64,000 bases of DNA from Narcine bancroftii (taxonomy: Eukaryota), in assembly GCF_036971445.1 (NCBI RefSeq), contig NC_091481.1, positions 73,036,001 through 73,100,000 of the forward strand, read 5' to 3'. The notes under the pieces are model-generated. The model searched no databases and was not told where the DNA came from. It saw only the letters and a program-made list of their open reading frames with translations. Positions 1 through 11,692 of this stretch are shown one piece after another; positions within the stretch are counted from its first letter, which is position 1, and each line of letters opens with the position of its first letter. A program made the position numbers and the translations under genes.

Positions 1-229
1 CGGGACCGATGCCTGAAGAGGGCGCACAAAATCAGTGAACCGGTGCAGACTTGAAAGGCCAACATGGCCTGTTTCCGCTCCGTAAATGGTTATATGGATA
101 TGATAAGGGGAAAGGTGAGAACTGACTTTGGCCCTGTGAAAGGAGACAAAGGGAAAAGGGAAGAGAGAGACAGACAGACAAAGCTGAGGGAAAGGTGATG
201 GGGGAAGAAGGGGTGGGGGGGGGGAGAGC

Positions 230-440
230 TTATGGAAGCAGAGCAGTCGGTTAATGCCATCTGGTTGGAGGGTGCCCAGATGGAATACGAGGTGGGGCTC
301 CTCTAATTTGTGGGTAGTTTCAGTCTGGCAGTGCATGAGACCACGGACAGACATATTGGCAAAGGAATGGGGCGGGGAATTGAAATAGGTGGCCACTGGG
401 AGAATTACACTATTGTGGTGGACAGAGCCAAGGTGCTCAA
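230..440 (-). mobile_element. Penelope-like element, GIY-YIG C-terminal fragment
   Basis: Minus strand reads approx. EHLGSV..LPVATYFNSPPHS..MSVRGLMHCQTE..KLEEPHLVFHLGTLQPDGIN, typical of the C-terminus of vertebrate Penelope/Neptune ORFs; boundaries approximate. Confidence 0.75.
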
Positions 441-2019
441 CAGCCTAGCTGTCCAAACATGAGTTCTAGATGTAAACCGGTTGAAGTCAGCAGGCACCAA
501 CTGTATCCTTGTGAACTTCACACAAAAATCACAAGATCGTGAATTTTTTTCCCCCACAAATTAACAGGTTTGTGGAACAGACTCTCGCAGAGTGGTTAAA
601 GGTGCATGAATTAACTTGGTTAAATGATATTGTGATTGAATATTAGAGGAAACTAATGATCATTTATATGATCAAGTGGAGAGTTCCTGGACTGTGTCTC
701 AGGGTCCAGGAGTCATTGGAAACCATGGGATACACTGAGGTTTACCCTGTGAGTTGTCTGTGACCAGATCTGGTCAGAATCGGTGAGTCAGTTTACAGAA
801 GAGATCTCCAGGCAGTCTGGAATATTTTTGAGTTTTGAATGGAACTGATAAAGTGGATCAAAGGAGACCCTCCTTGAATTGGAGTGCTCATATCCCTTGG
901 GACACATGTTGAATAGGAGAATTCTTTCCCCAGAATATCCCCAGATATTAAAGTGTAGGGGAGTGCAGATGGAGTGATGGGTGGGATAATAACAGGTTTG
1001 GGTGTTTGTTAAAGGATAGTGAAGTGAGAAGCAACCTCTGGGCTAGGACTTGGGGGTAAATGAGGTTCAAATTAAGCAGGTGATTGAATGGTGTACAGAG
1101 AGTGAGGTCTCCTTTGAGGCATATTAACATTGTTGGAAACACGAGGAAAATTTGGAATAAACTGGATATGATATTATTGTTAGGGAAAATTCTTTATAAT
1201 TAATATTCCAGAACTCCAAAAGCAATGTCGGAGGAGAGAGAAAAGGTTTGTGTTTCAGATCCAAAGCTCCTCAGAAGTGAAAGAGTTTGTTCAATTTTCT
1301 TTCTCCTAAGTTCTCCCCATCCCCAAACCTCTGAAATTCGAAACTTGTTTTCTCTCCCTTGCAGTTCTGATAAAGGGTCTCTGACCTGATTAATTAATAA
1401 AACTATAATGATTTTTTTTTTAAATAAAAAAAATATTTGCCTAAGAAGTAACAGGATGGGACTAATGACAAGTCATGTTTTCACACCGTAGGTTAAGAGT
1501 GACCCTAGTTGAACCCGGTGAAATTCCCGGGAATGCAAGACCTCCCGAGGAAGAGAATCTGTCTCCTTACCCAATATTTGGTCCATACAATGAAATCCAC
1601 AACAGTGAGTCAATTCTGTCCTTTGAAAAGAACTAGCAAGTTGATCAACTTTATGATTATCAAGTAGACCAACTCAGCATTGACCCTGGGCTGTATTCAG
1701 AGGGAGCAAAATGAGAAAGGGTTTAGACTTGAAACGTTGGCTGGCCATTTCCACCCCTGGATGCTGTCTGACCTGCTGAGTTCCTCGAACTTTTCAATGT
1801 TTTCTCCTTAGTCCTGACGAAGGGCTAGGCCCGAAACCTTTACTTCCTATCATGGCTGTGTGACCTGCTGAGTTTTGCCAACATATTTGTGTATTGCTCA
1901 GGGTTCAATTTTCTTTCCTCCTGTTATCAGTCTCTTGACTGACCTCTTGGTGGTAAAAGATGTTGTCCTCTCCCTGGTTTCATTACTGTTCTCTTTCTCC
2001 TGCACTTGGTCTTTGTCAG

Positions 2020-2268
2020 TAAAACACAAACATCTAGAGACACCATGGTTAAAGTCAAAACACAAGATGCTGGAGGAGGTCAGCAGGTCACACGGTGTCC
2101 TTTATAGAGCAAGGATAAAGGGGCAGAGCCAACTTTTCGGGCAACATGTGGGTGGGGGCCCGAAAGTGTGGCTACAACTTGCTCCTGATGAAGGGCTGAA
2201 GCCCGAAACGTTGGTTCTGTCCCTGCTCTATGAAGGTCACGGTTTGACCTGCTGACTTTCTCCGGAGT
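2020..2268. mobile_element. Penelope-derived fold-back element with hammerhead-like core
   Basis: Inverted arms (AAAACACAAGATGCTGGAGGAGGTCAGCAGGTCA ... TGACCTGCTGACTTTCTCC); CTGATGA-AGGGCTGAAGCCC-GAAACGTT at 2185-2212. Confidence 0.7.
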
Positions 2269-2496
2269 TGGGATGATGAGCACATGGTCCCGAAATGAGG
2301 GAACGGCTTGACCCGAGCAACCAGCTGCAGGTCACCTGGAACGAGTTCAGTTCTGAGGGTCGTAGAAGGAGCGGCGCCGCCTTCACTCCGGGATCACTCC
2401 GGGCTTTGTTCCATCTGCACAATCTGGTCTCGTTAATGACGTTTGCCCAGGATCAGTGTGAGTGAGTCGTGCTGACGGCGCAGGACCGAGCGCCTG

Positions 2497-2503
2497 TATA
2501 AAA
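2497..2503 (+). promoter_or_regulatory. TATA box of dhdh
   Basis: TATAAAA about 50 nt upstream of the ATG at 2551, in a CpG-rich patch (2290-2640). Confidence 0.6.
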
Positions 2504-2550
2504 CACGCGAGCGCAGTCCGGCTGCAGAGCGGTTGAGGTTGGGACCAGCC

Positions 2551-2640
2551 ATGGTCACTCGCTGGGGAATCTGCAGCGCTGGCAGGATCTGCCACGATTT
2601 CATGGTGGCTCTGAAGACCCTCCCGACCGAAGACCATCAG
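2551..2640 (+). CDS. dhdh: Dihydrodiol dehydrogenase (Gfo/Idh/MocA family), coding exon 1
   Basis: Kozak GCCATGG; MVTRWGICSAGRICHDFMVALKTLPTEDHQ matches the DHDH N-terminus; 90 nt followed by GT donor. Confidence 0.93.
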
Positions 2641-2644
2641 GTAG

Positions 2645-4630
2645 GGAGGAGGAGGGAAGGGGGAGTGGAGGGGAGAAGGGGGAGTGGAGGGGAGGAGGGG
2701 GAGTGGAGGGGAGGAGGGGGAGTGGAGGGGAGGAGGGGGAGTGGAGGGGAGGAGGGGGAGTGGAGGGGAGGAGGGGGAGTGGAGGGGAGGAGGGGGAGTG
2801 GAGGGGAGGAGGGGGAGTGGAGGGGAGGAGGGGGAGTGGAGGGGAGGAGGGGGAGTGGAGGGGAGGAGGGGGAGTGGAGGGGAGGAGGGGGAGTGGAGGG
2901 GAGGAGGGGGAGTGGAGGGGAGGAGGGGGAGTGGAGGGGAGGAGGGGGAGTGGAGGGGAGGAGGGGGAGTGGAGGGGAGGAGGGGGAGTGGAGGGGAGGA
3001 GGGGGAGTGGAGGGGAGGAGGGGGAGTGGAGGGGAGGAGGGGGAGTGGAGGGGAGGAGGGGGAGTGGAGGGGAGGAGGGGGAGTGGAGGGGAGGAGGGGG
3101 AGTGGAGGGGAGGAGGGGGAGTGGAGGGGAGGAGGGGGAGTGGAGGGGAGGAGGGGGAGTGGAGGGGAGGAGGGGGAGTGGAGGGGAGGAGGGGGAGTGG
3201 AGGGGAGGAGGGGGAGTGGAGGGGAGGAGGGGGAGTGGAGGGGAGGAGGGGGAGTGGAGGGGAGGAGGGGGAGTGGAGGGGAGGAGGGGGAGTGGAGGGG
3301 AGGAGGGGGAGTGGAGGGGAGGAGGGGGAGTGGAGGGGAGGAGGGGGAGTGGAGGGGAGGAGGGGGAGTGGAGGGGAGGAGGGGGAGTGGAGGGGAGGAG
3401 GGGGAGTGGAGGGGAGGAGGGGGAGTGGAGGGGAGGAGGGGGAGTGGAGGGGAGGAGGGGGAGTGGAGGGGAGGAGGGGGAGTGGAGGGGAGGAGGGGGA
3501 GTGGAGGGGAGGAGGGGGAGTGGAGGGGAGGAGGGGGAGTGGAGGGGAGGAGGGGGAGTGGAGGGGAGGAGGGGGAGTGGAGGGGAGGAGGGGGAGTGGA
3601 GGGGAGGAGGGGGAGTGGAGGGGAGGAGGGGGAGTGGAGGGGAGGAGGGGGAGTGGAGGGGAGGAGGGGGAGTGGAGGGGAGGAGGGGGAGTGGAGGGGA
3701 GGAGGGGGAGTGGAGGGGAGGAGGGGGAGTGGAGGGGAGGAGGGGGAGTGGAGGGGAGGAGGGGGAGTGGAGGGAGGAGGGGGAGTGGAGGGGAGGAGGG
3801 GGAGTGGAGGGGAGGAGGGGGAGTGGAGGGGAGGAGGGGGAGTGGAGGGGAGGAGGGGGAGTGGAGGGGAGGAGGGGGAGTGGAGGGGAGGAGGGGGAGT
3901 GGAGGGGAGGAGGGGGAGTGGAGGGGAGGAGGGGGAGTGGAGGGGAGGAGGGGGAGTGGAGGGGAGGAGGGGGAGTGGAGGGGAGGAGGGGGAGTGGAGG
4001 GGAGGAGGGGGAGTGGAGGGGAGGAGGGGGAGTGGAGGGGAGGAGGGGGAGTGGAGGGGAGGAGGGGGAGTGGAGGGGAGGAGGGGGAGTGGAGGGGAGG
4101 AGGGGGAGTGGAGGGGAGGAGGGGAGTGGAGGGGAGGAGGGGGAGTGGAGGGGAGGAGGGGGAGTGGAGGGGAGGAGGGGGAGTGGAGGGGAGGAGGGGG
4201 AGTGGAGGGGAGGAGGGGAGTGGGGGGAGGAGGGGGAGTGGAGGGGAGGAGGGGGAGTGGAGGGGAGGAGGGGGAGTGGAGGGGAGGGGGGGAGTGGAGG
4301 GGAGGGGGGGAGTGGAGGGGAGGGGGGGAGTGGAGGGGAGGGGGGGAGTGGAGGGGAGGGGGGAGTGGAGGGGAGGGGGGGAGTGGAGGGGAGGGGGGAG
4401 TGGAGGGGAGGGGGGGAGTGGAGGGGAGGGGGGGAGTGGAGGGGAGGGGGTGAGGAGGGGAGGGGGTGAGGGAGGGGAGGGGGTGGGGGAGGGGAGGGGG
4501 TGAGGGAGGGGAGGGGGTGAGGGAGGGGAGGGGGTGAGGGAGGGGAGGGGGTGAGGGAGGGGAGGGGGTGAGGGAGGGGAGGGGGTGAGGGAGGGGAGGG
4601 GGTGAGGGAGGGGAGGGGGTGAGGGAGGGA
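2645..4630 (+). repeat. Purine/G-rich minisatellite, 19-bp unit GAGTGGAGGGGAGGAGGGG (~85 copies), changing to a 16-bp GGGGTGAGGGAGGGGA unit
   Basis: Period 19 read directly; explains the 19-aa-periodic ORFs on both strands. Confidence 0.97.
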
Positions 4631-5144
4631 ATGGACAGGAAAAGAAATAAGCATGGAAGTAAATCCATAGAATGGAAAGGATGTTGTGGGATGGAAATGC
4701 ATCAGGGTGTGAAGATTAGGGGGTGAAATTGAAGGAGGAAAAGTAGGAAGAGGGAAAGAGGATTTTGGGGAGCAGAAAGTGAGTGGGAGAACACGAGCCT
4801 GATACTGTTTCATGACTGCTCTATGGTGTTGGTTATTTGTGGTCCATGATGGGAGGGGTGGGCAAGAGATTTGAGTCACTCACGATGAAAGTTTTTATGG
4901 CTGCAGCAGGTCATTCTTTGTCCATTGTAATTGCAATTCCAACCTGACAATGGAGTTGTACAGACCCCATTTAAGTACCAGTGCAGCGTAGATTTATTGG
5001 GTGAGGGGCAAATGAAGGTTTTAAAACGTACAAGATGTTTTGAGGTTGGTTCGAAGCAAGGGCCCCACCGCAGATAAAGGCTTGGCAGCAGGCAGTTCCC
5101 ATTGAAGGGTTAACTGGAGCAGGGTTTCTGCACTCTCTCCTTAG

Positions 5145-5256
5145 GCTGTTGCCGTGGCTTCCCGTGACCCATCACGAGCTCGTGACTTTGCAGAGCGGCA
5201 CGAAATCCCCAAATCCTATGGCTCGTATGAGGAACTGGCAAAGGATCCCAATGTAG
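5145..5256 (+). CDS. dhdh: dhdh exon 2
   Basis: TTAG acceptor; [37 protein letters not shown]; GTAAGG donor; 112 nt. Confidence 0.93.
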
Positions 5257-5469
5257 GTAAGGAATCCTCGGACCTCGGTAATCTCCATGTTGTGCAGACC
5301 CACTATTCATTGCCTTTAAATACGAAAGTCTGCAGGCACGGGTTGAGGGCAACACACAGACTCAGCAGGTCACGCAACTCAGAAATAAAACAAAAGCTGG
5401 GCGACTGTTTGTCAGTGGTTAAACAATTATTTTGTGGATAATTCTGCTCCTCTACACTCACAAAAAATA

Positions 5470-6250
5470 TTGAACAGGATTCAGAAAGGATCAGTTTGCA
5501 TCACATGAAAATGTTGAATAAATGGCCTCTTCAAAATTTAACCAATGGGTCAACAGTACCACTTTGAATTTTTTTCTAAATTTAAATGTGCTCTTGTTTG
5601 GGAAAACTATTAAAACTTTCAACTGTATCAGAGAGTGTTGAGCACACATTGAAGAAGTACAACTAATTAGAGAGTCTCTAGTTCTGAAGTTCTTTTTCCC
5701 ACCTTAATTTGTCAGAAATTACTGGACATATTTTCAGGATCAAATCAAAAATTGTTGCTAATAAACTCTTCTGAAAAGAGTTTAAATATTTTATCGGTAA
5801 CTTCAGTCTGATGTGGTATCAGAAACGTAGATAAAGTTTCATTTTAAAAAGTTCCTAATCTGTAGATATATGAAAAAATGTGATCCTGGCAAATTATATT
5901 TATTAGACAACTGCTTAGCGAACCCTAACCCTAACCCAGTTATCCATAAATAAATAATGAAAATACTATTCCCTTTGTATTCCATAAAAGAAAAGCTTGA
6001 TCAATTATCGATAGTTGGATGAAAAAATTAGATAGAATAGGACTTGACGAGATAAATTTGTTCAATCATAGATGAAACCTAAAATAGAAGCCAATGACAA
6101 CCTTGCACAAACCCACACTCAAGACTCCTCCATTGTGGACATTGAATTTCATCCAAATCTTGTGTCCAGAAAATTATAAACCAAATATTAATTGCCCAAC
6201 AGTAGATTCTACAATCAGGCACCGCCATTCTTTTTCAAAATCTGTCAATA
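5470..6250 (-). mobile_element. Degenerate L1-clade ORF2 fragment
   Basis: AT-rich; minus strand near 6190-6235 resembles the L1 post-RT motif (GLALP..R.YYWA.N); boundaries approximate. Confidence 0.5.
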
Positions 6251-6626
6251 TTTCTTACTTAATCTAGGGTCCTTACTCTGCCCCTTCCCCTACCACTGCC
6301 CCTGTCCCCTCCAGCCCCATCCCCGTGCCTCCTCTACCCACTCCCCTCCCCACTGCCCTATCCTCTTCATTGTCTCTTCCCCACAGCCCCATCTCTGAGC
6401 CCTGTCCCTTCTTCCCCATCATCTTTGAGCCCCTCCCCAGCTTCTTTCCCCTTGGATATACTTTTTTTCCACACTGTGAACCATATCAACCAAAATACAT
6501 ACGAACATTTCCCTCTTTAATATACACAGTGGCATTTTCTCCTTTTTTTTCCCCCGACCTTCCCTCCCCCCTTCCCACCCCTTTCCAAAACCAATAAACA
6601 TTGAACATATACAATACAATAAACCA

Positions 6627-6826
6627 NNNNNNNNNNNNNNNNNNNNNNNNNNNNNNNNNNNNNNNNNNNNNNNNNNNNNNNNNNNNNNNNNNNNNNNNNN
6701 NNNNNNNNNNNNNNNNNNNNNNNNNNNNNNNNNNNNNNNNNNNNNNNNNNNNNNNNNNNNNNNNNNNNNNNNNNNNNNNNNNNNNNNNNNNNNNNNNNNN
6801 NNNNNNNNNNNNNNNNNNNNNNNNNN
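6627..6826. other. Assembly gap (200 N)
   Basis: Run of exactly 200 N; sequence resumes in the middle of a dhdh exon. Confidence 0.99.
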
Positions 6827-6944
6827 GAGTTGGGCGGAGGAGTACTTTTGGATGTTGGTTGTTACTGCCTGCAGTTTGTCTGCATGGTGTACAATGGTGA
6901 GAAGCCAGAGTCCATTCACGCCTCAGGATTTCTCACCGAGAAAG
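6827..6944 (+). CDS. dhdh: dhdh exon 4, 3' part only (5' part in gap)
   Basis: ELGGGVLLDVGCYCLQFVCMVYNGEKPESIHASGFLTEK contains the GGGxLLDxGxY motif of the family; GTAAGT donor. Confidence 0.9.
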
Positions 6945-7119
6945 GTAAGTATAGAACGGCCAGCCTGTCAAAAACTGGTAAAACTCAGCTCTCTCACTTA
7001 CTCAGTCCACAATTCCAGATCTCACACCATTCCTTGCTCTCCACAGTGAAACTCTCTGGAGTTCACCTGTCCATTGAGACAGGCTTCCTGACACAATTTG
7101 TCCTTTACTCTCATGGCAG

Positions 7120-7244
7120 GTGTTGATGAAACTGTGACCATCATATTAAAGTACTCCAGAAAACGCATGGCCATGGTGACTGTAACGATGGCAAATCAGC
7201 TTCCCAATCAGGCAATCATCAGTGGTGTCAATGGCACAATCACG
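7120..7244 (+). CDS. dhdh: dhdh exon 5
   Basis: CAG acceptor; (G)VDETVTIILKYSRKRMAMVTVTMANQLPNQAIISGVNGTIT; GTAACT donor; 125 nt, phases consistent. Confidence 0.9.
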
Positions 7245-8019
7245 GTAACTCTCTCTTTGTCCCTCACTAAGTGTACAATACTATTCAATGCTTTCAATTA
7301 TGGATCAGTGGTGCTTTTACCCAAAGTCGATCGAGCACATTGAGATTTGATGTCTGTCTGACACCTGCCTGTTTTTTTTGCTTATACCCTGAAGGGCTCA
7401 GGTCTGAAGTGTGGGTAATATATCTTTATTTCTTCTGGACGCTGTGAGACCGGCTGAGTTCCTCTAGTATTTACTGTATTTTTACTGGATTCAGTTTGCA
7501 GAGTGCATGATTACGAGATGTCACAGTGGAGATGGATAATCTCCTCACACCATGGCCAGGGCTGTAGTGTCAGCCAGGTTTCACTGTTGGGTCTTCACAC
7601 AGCAGTCAAATGGTGAAAGACGAAAGTCTGCAGATGCTGTGATTGCAGTCAAAAACACAGATGCTGGAGGAACCTGGCCGGTCTGCCACATCCATGGGAT
7701 CAAACAGGTACTTCTCCATCAAGTATTTCGTCCATCCTAATCCCATTTATTTCTCCAGCCCTCCATGGCCACAGTCGTTCAGCTACTTGCCCAGATGCTT
7801 TGTTATCTTCAATGTCCTGTTGAATCTTTTCTGGACCTCTCCAGTACAGTCACATCCTTCAATAGGTGTGGAATCTCCAGTATTATCTATCCTTGTTTCA
7901 ATAAAGCTGTCTTGAATACAAGAACGATCAAAGAACAGCCTCAACAATGTTTTAAGTTGGTACCAAGGACTCCCTGCTCAGACGTGCTGTGTCCTGTCAG
8001 TGAAAGCACACATCCAACA

Positions 8020-8335
8020 TGCCTTGTAGTGGAGAGTCTGGGACAAGAGGGCACAACTTCAGGATGGAAGGTGTCCACTTAGAACAGAGATGCAGAGGAA
8101 TTTCTTCAGCCAGAGAGGGTGAGAATCTGTGGAATTTGTTGACACAGGCGGTTGTAGAGGCCAGGTCGTTGGGTGTATTTAAGGCAGAGATTGACAGGTT
8201 CGTGATTAGCCAGGGCATCAAAGGTTATGGGGAGAAGGCCGGGCTGAGTGGGAAAATGGATCGGCTCATGATTGAATGATGGGCAGACTCGATGGGCTGA
8301 ATGGCCCTATTTCTGCTCTTGTGTCTTATGGTCTC
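8020..8335 (+). mobile_element. CR1 LINE 3' end fragment
   Basis: GESGTRGHNFRMEG..NLWNLL...VVEARSLGVFKAEIDRF C-terminus plus 3' UTR hairpin (GGGCTGAATGGCCC). Confidence 0.85.
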
Positions 8336-8514
8336 ATGTTGACTGATAGTGCTGCTACCAAGAGGAATGTGGACACAAGTAGGGATGTTTGCTTTCAATA
8401 GCTGGGGCACAGAGCAGGCTTTGCCGCTCCTTTGTTCCTTGGTATTCTCTCGAGTTCCACAAGTCACAGTATTTGTCCTGACATGGTATAAAACGTAGAT
8501 CTTACAAAACATAT

Positions 8515-9050
8515 CGCCTCATTGGTGAGGCTGAATTTGGAATATTGTGTGCAGTTCTGGTCACTTAACTGCAGAAAGGATATCAATAAGATTGAAAGAG
8601 CGCAGAGAAGATTTACTAGGATGTTCCTGGGTCTTCAGGAGTTGAGATATAGGGAAAGATTAAGCAGGTAGGACTATTCCTTGGAGCAAATAAAAATGAG
8701 GGGAGGTTTGATAGAGGTTCTCAAAATTATGAGGGGTATTGACAGAGTGGATCCGAGTAGCCTTTTTCCACTTCGATTGGGGGAGATAAACATGAGAGGT
8801 CATAGTTTTAAGCTGAAAGGGTGAAGGTGTAGGGGAAAAATTAGGGGGTAAGTTCTTCACTCTGGGAGCTGCCATCTGATGTGGTGACTGTGGACTTGAT
8901 CGTGTGTTTTAAGAGTAAATTGGAAAGATACATGGATGTGAGAGGTCTGGAGGGTTGTGGAATGGGAGCATGTCAGTGGGACGAGGAGATGATGGTCAGC
9001 ATAGACTAGAGGAGCTGAACTGCCTGTTTACTGTGCTGTAGTTTTACCAG
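8515..9050 (+). mobile_element. CR1 LINE 3' fragment
   Basis: LVRLNLEYCVQFWS...RAQRRFTRM motifs of the CR1 ORF2 C-terminus. Confidence 0.8.
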
Positions 9051-9514
9051 GTTTAAGTTGTCTCTCAAAGTCTTGCTCAACTTAGCAGCTGATTAATATT
9101 ATTCCACAGCCTATTTTCACGCCACATGCAAACCTCCCACATTTCACACCCAAGTTATTGAATATGACTGATGGTCCTAGCACTGATCCTCATGGTACAG
9201 GCTTCCAATCACTAAAATAATCCTCCAGCATAGTCCTCAGATGTCCTATGGTCAATCTAAATGGGTATCTTGATTTTCCTGTGCTCTAATGTTTTGGACC
9301 AGTATTTATGTGGTTAAAGACCTTAGTGAAGTCCATGTAAGATATCTCTTCAAAACCGTCATTTTGTTAGACCAGTCTGACCAACAAACCTATAGGGTAG
9401 ACCTGGTCAATCCCTGCGTTTTGAAGTGGATCTCCAACACAATAATCAAGCTTGGCCTAACCAATGGTTTAAAAATCATTGGAAATGTTAATTGACATCT
9501 GTACCTTGTCCAAG

Positions 9515-9667
9515 GTGCCAGGATACATGTGGTGCCCCACAAGCCTTGTGGTCAATGGAAATGTGGAGGAGTTCCCACTCCCAGCTCCATCTCAGCCCCT
9601 CAACTTCACCAACAGCACTGGGCTTACGGTACGAAGCTGAAGAAGTAACGGCAGTGTCTTCAGAAAG
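9515..9667 (+). CDS. dhdh: dhdh exon 6 (two apparent 1-nt insertions in this assembly)
   Basis: AAG acceptor; VPGYMWCPTSLVVNGNVEEFPLPAPSQPLNFTNSTG; the expected LRYEAEEVRQCLQKG reads only if one T (9624-5) and one A (9647-8) are removed; GTAAAT donor. Confidence 0.88.
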
Positions 9668-9724
9668 GTAAATACCATTTACTAGTCACACTAAGCATTA
9701 CCACAGCGACAGGGTGAGAGGAGA

Positions 9725-10240
9725 TAAGATGGCATCCCTTTCCCAGTTTGTCCACTGCTCTCACATGAAGCTTTTCATTCCAGGAATATCTGAAATGTCC
9801 TCAGGGAACTCTGCTTCCCCCTTGAATGTGGTCCACCTTAGAGCTCAGCTCTTCTCCTTCCTCCACAGGAACACTCCGAGCTCACCTTCACACCACCAGT
9901 TCTACCCTTCCCCCAGCTACAAGTCCCATCCACCACCAGCCACATCCCTTTCAGCCAATCGGGGATCATGACACATCTATTCTGATCTCAGCATTTCTGT
10001 CACCACTGGAGGTGCGACACTTGCTCCCACCACCCAGCAACCTAATCGATTGCAGTCAACCTCTGACATCAGTCGGCAAAATAGCCATCATCTGTGCTGT
10101 CTGCAGTGGCTGCCCTAGGCAGCTATTTACATGTCACTTCAACCCTTCTACCCATTACACCAACTTGTACATCCTCCACCTTCTCTCAATTCAGGCAACC
10201 CTCACCTCCTCCTCTCTCCTCTTCCAAACCAGTCCACTTT
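9725..10240 (+). mobile_element. Degenerate Penelope-like element fragment
   Basis: IPFSQF..., SEMSS and QLFTC-like remnants of the PLE RT-thumb/GIY-YIG linker. Confidence 0.5.
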
Positions 10241-11409
10241 AGTTCCCTTGCCAGTAATTGTCCTTCACATCTCCCCTCTGGTTGTGACCAGCACCATACT
10301 CCCCAAAAGCCCAATACCCAGCACCAGGCCCCAGCCCAAACTTTACCTGTTACTTCCTGCCCTCAACCCCAGCATCTGTAACTTTGTCCGCTCTCACCCC
10401 ACCCCCACATTTATGTCCCCTTTCTCCCAACCTCTCCTGTAATCCTTCACCCTCCATAGTTCACCAATGCCCAACCAACTCCTCCCACCACCCCTCTCCC
10501 CATCTTGTCCCCAATCCCTCCCTTCCCCCCATGAACACTGCTGACTTTCCCATCAGTTTATTCCCAGCCACAAACTCCAATGTGATAAACTTGTACCTCT
10601 CACTTTGTTTGGTCACCGTGTTTGAGCTCCCGAAAAGAAAAACAGACACACGCGCCGAGAGCACTTCAGTTTATACAAATCTTTATGACTAAATCTAAAG
10701 CTGATTTCAAACTACAATATGCAAGCCCTTCCCAATTATACTTATCAACCCCTGGACTGTCCCAAATGCCGAAGCGAGGCAACGACCGCACACTTGTAGT
10801 AGGTTGTCTGGGTGCCGGTAGCAGCTTCTCCACCTCCCCCGACCAGGACGGTGGTTGGACTCTGGTTCTTCTTGCTGAAAGACGTTTCCACCCCTCAGTC
10901 TCAAAACTTCAGCAGTGGGACCATGGCTTATATTACCCAAAAATTGTTTACTCATAGCTTATTTCTTTGAATAAATGATTTACTTATCTTGAAGGTCTCC
11001 TGACAGTCTGCGACCAACAAGACAACTGCATCTCTGGGCCTCATAGTGGAATTTAAATTGTCTTCTGATTCACATGTATACATTACTCTCAAAGTAGGTG
11101 GAAATTAGATTATGTCTACTGATTCACATGCATACATTCTTGCATAAGCTGTTCTAAAATCCTCCATTACACATTCCCCATCAGTTTATTCCCCAGCCAC
11201 AAACTCCAATATGATACAGAAGCCAACTATCATCTAATGTTTTGAGGGTAATCAAAGGAGGTTGGGGGGGGGGGGGAGAAAATCATGCCTATATTGCTGA
11301 ACCAATCAGTGCATTCCTGGCTTCAGCTGCACCGAGTGCTCCCGATTGCTAAGAGAAGGAACCATATGTGCTATTTTGAATTTAACTGCATGTATTGATT
11401 TAATTTCAG

Positions 11410-11519
11410 GACTGAAGGAATGCCCCCAGCTGACCCTGGCTGACAGCGAGCTCATCATGACCATGATGGATGAGGTTCGCCGACAGGTGGGGGTGATATA
11501 CACTCAGGATACATGCTGA
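11410..11519 (+). CDS. dhdh: dhdh exon 7 (last coding exon)
   Basis: TTTCAG acceptor; (G)LKECPQLTLADSELIMTMMDEVRRQVGVIYTQDTC* matches the DHDH C-terminus. Confidence 0.92.
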
Positions 11520-11692
11520 TGGAATCCCGACATCAGCGCTGCAGCAGACACCATGGTGGGAATCACCACTGTCCTGGGACCGGTGTGCACACATTCATTA
11601 AACCAGTCACACATCCTTGATATTTTTGTTGCAGTCTCAGAATCCTTTTGCAATTCTCCTGAGTGCAACTCTTTCAAATATGCAACTGGTGT

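Noticed and set aside
2383-4879. Five 588-761 aa Pro- or Gly-rich ORFs resembling extensin or collagen
   Set aside because: Translations of the 19-bp minisatellite; only 2551-2640 is a real exon
5921-5937. (CCCTAA)n telomere-like motif
   Set aside because: Under three units; too short to call an interstitial telomeric site
10423-10440. TCTCCCAACC resembling the miR-150 5' end
   Set aside because: Match stops after 10 nt, lies in pyrimidine-rich low-complexity DNA and has no hairpin partner
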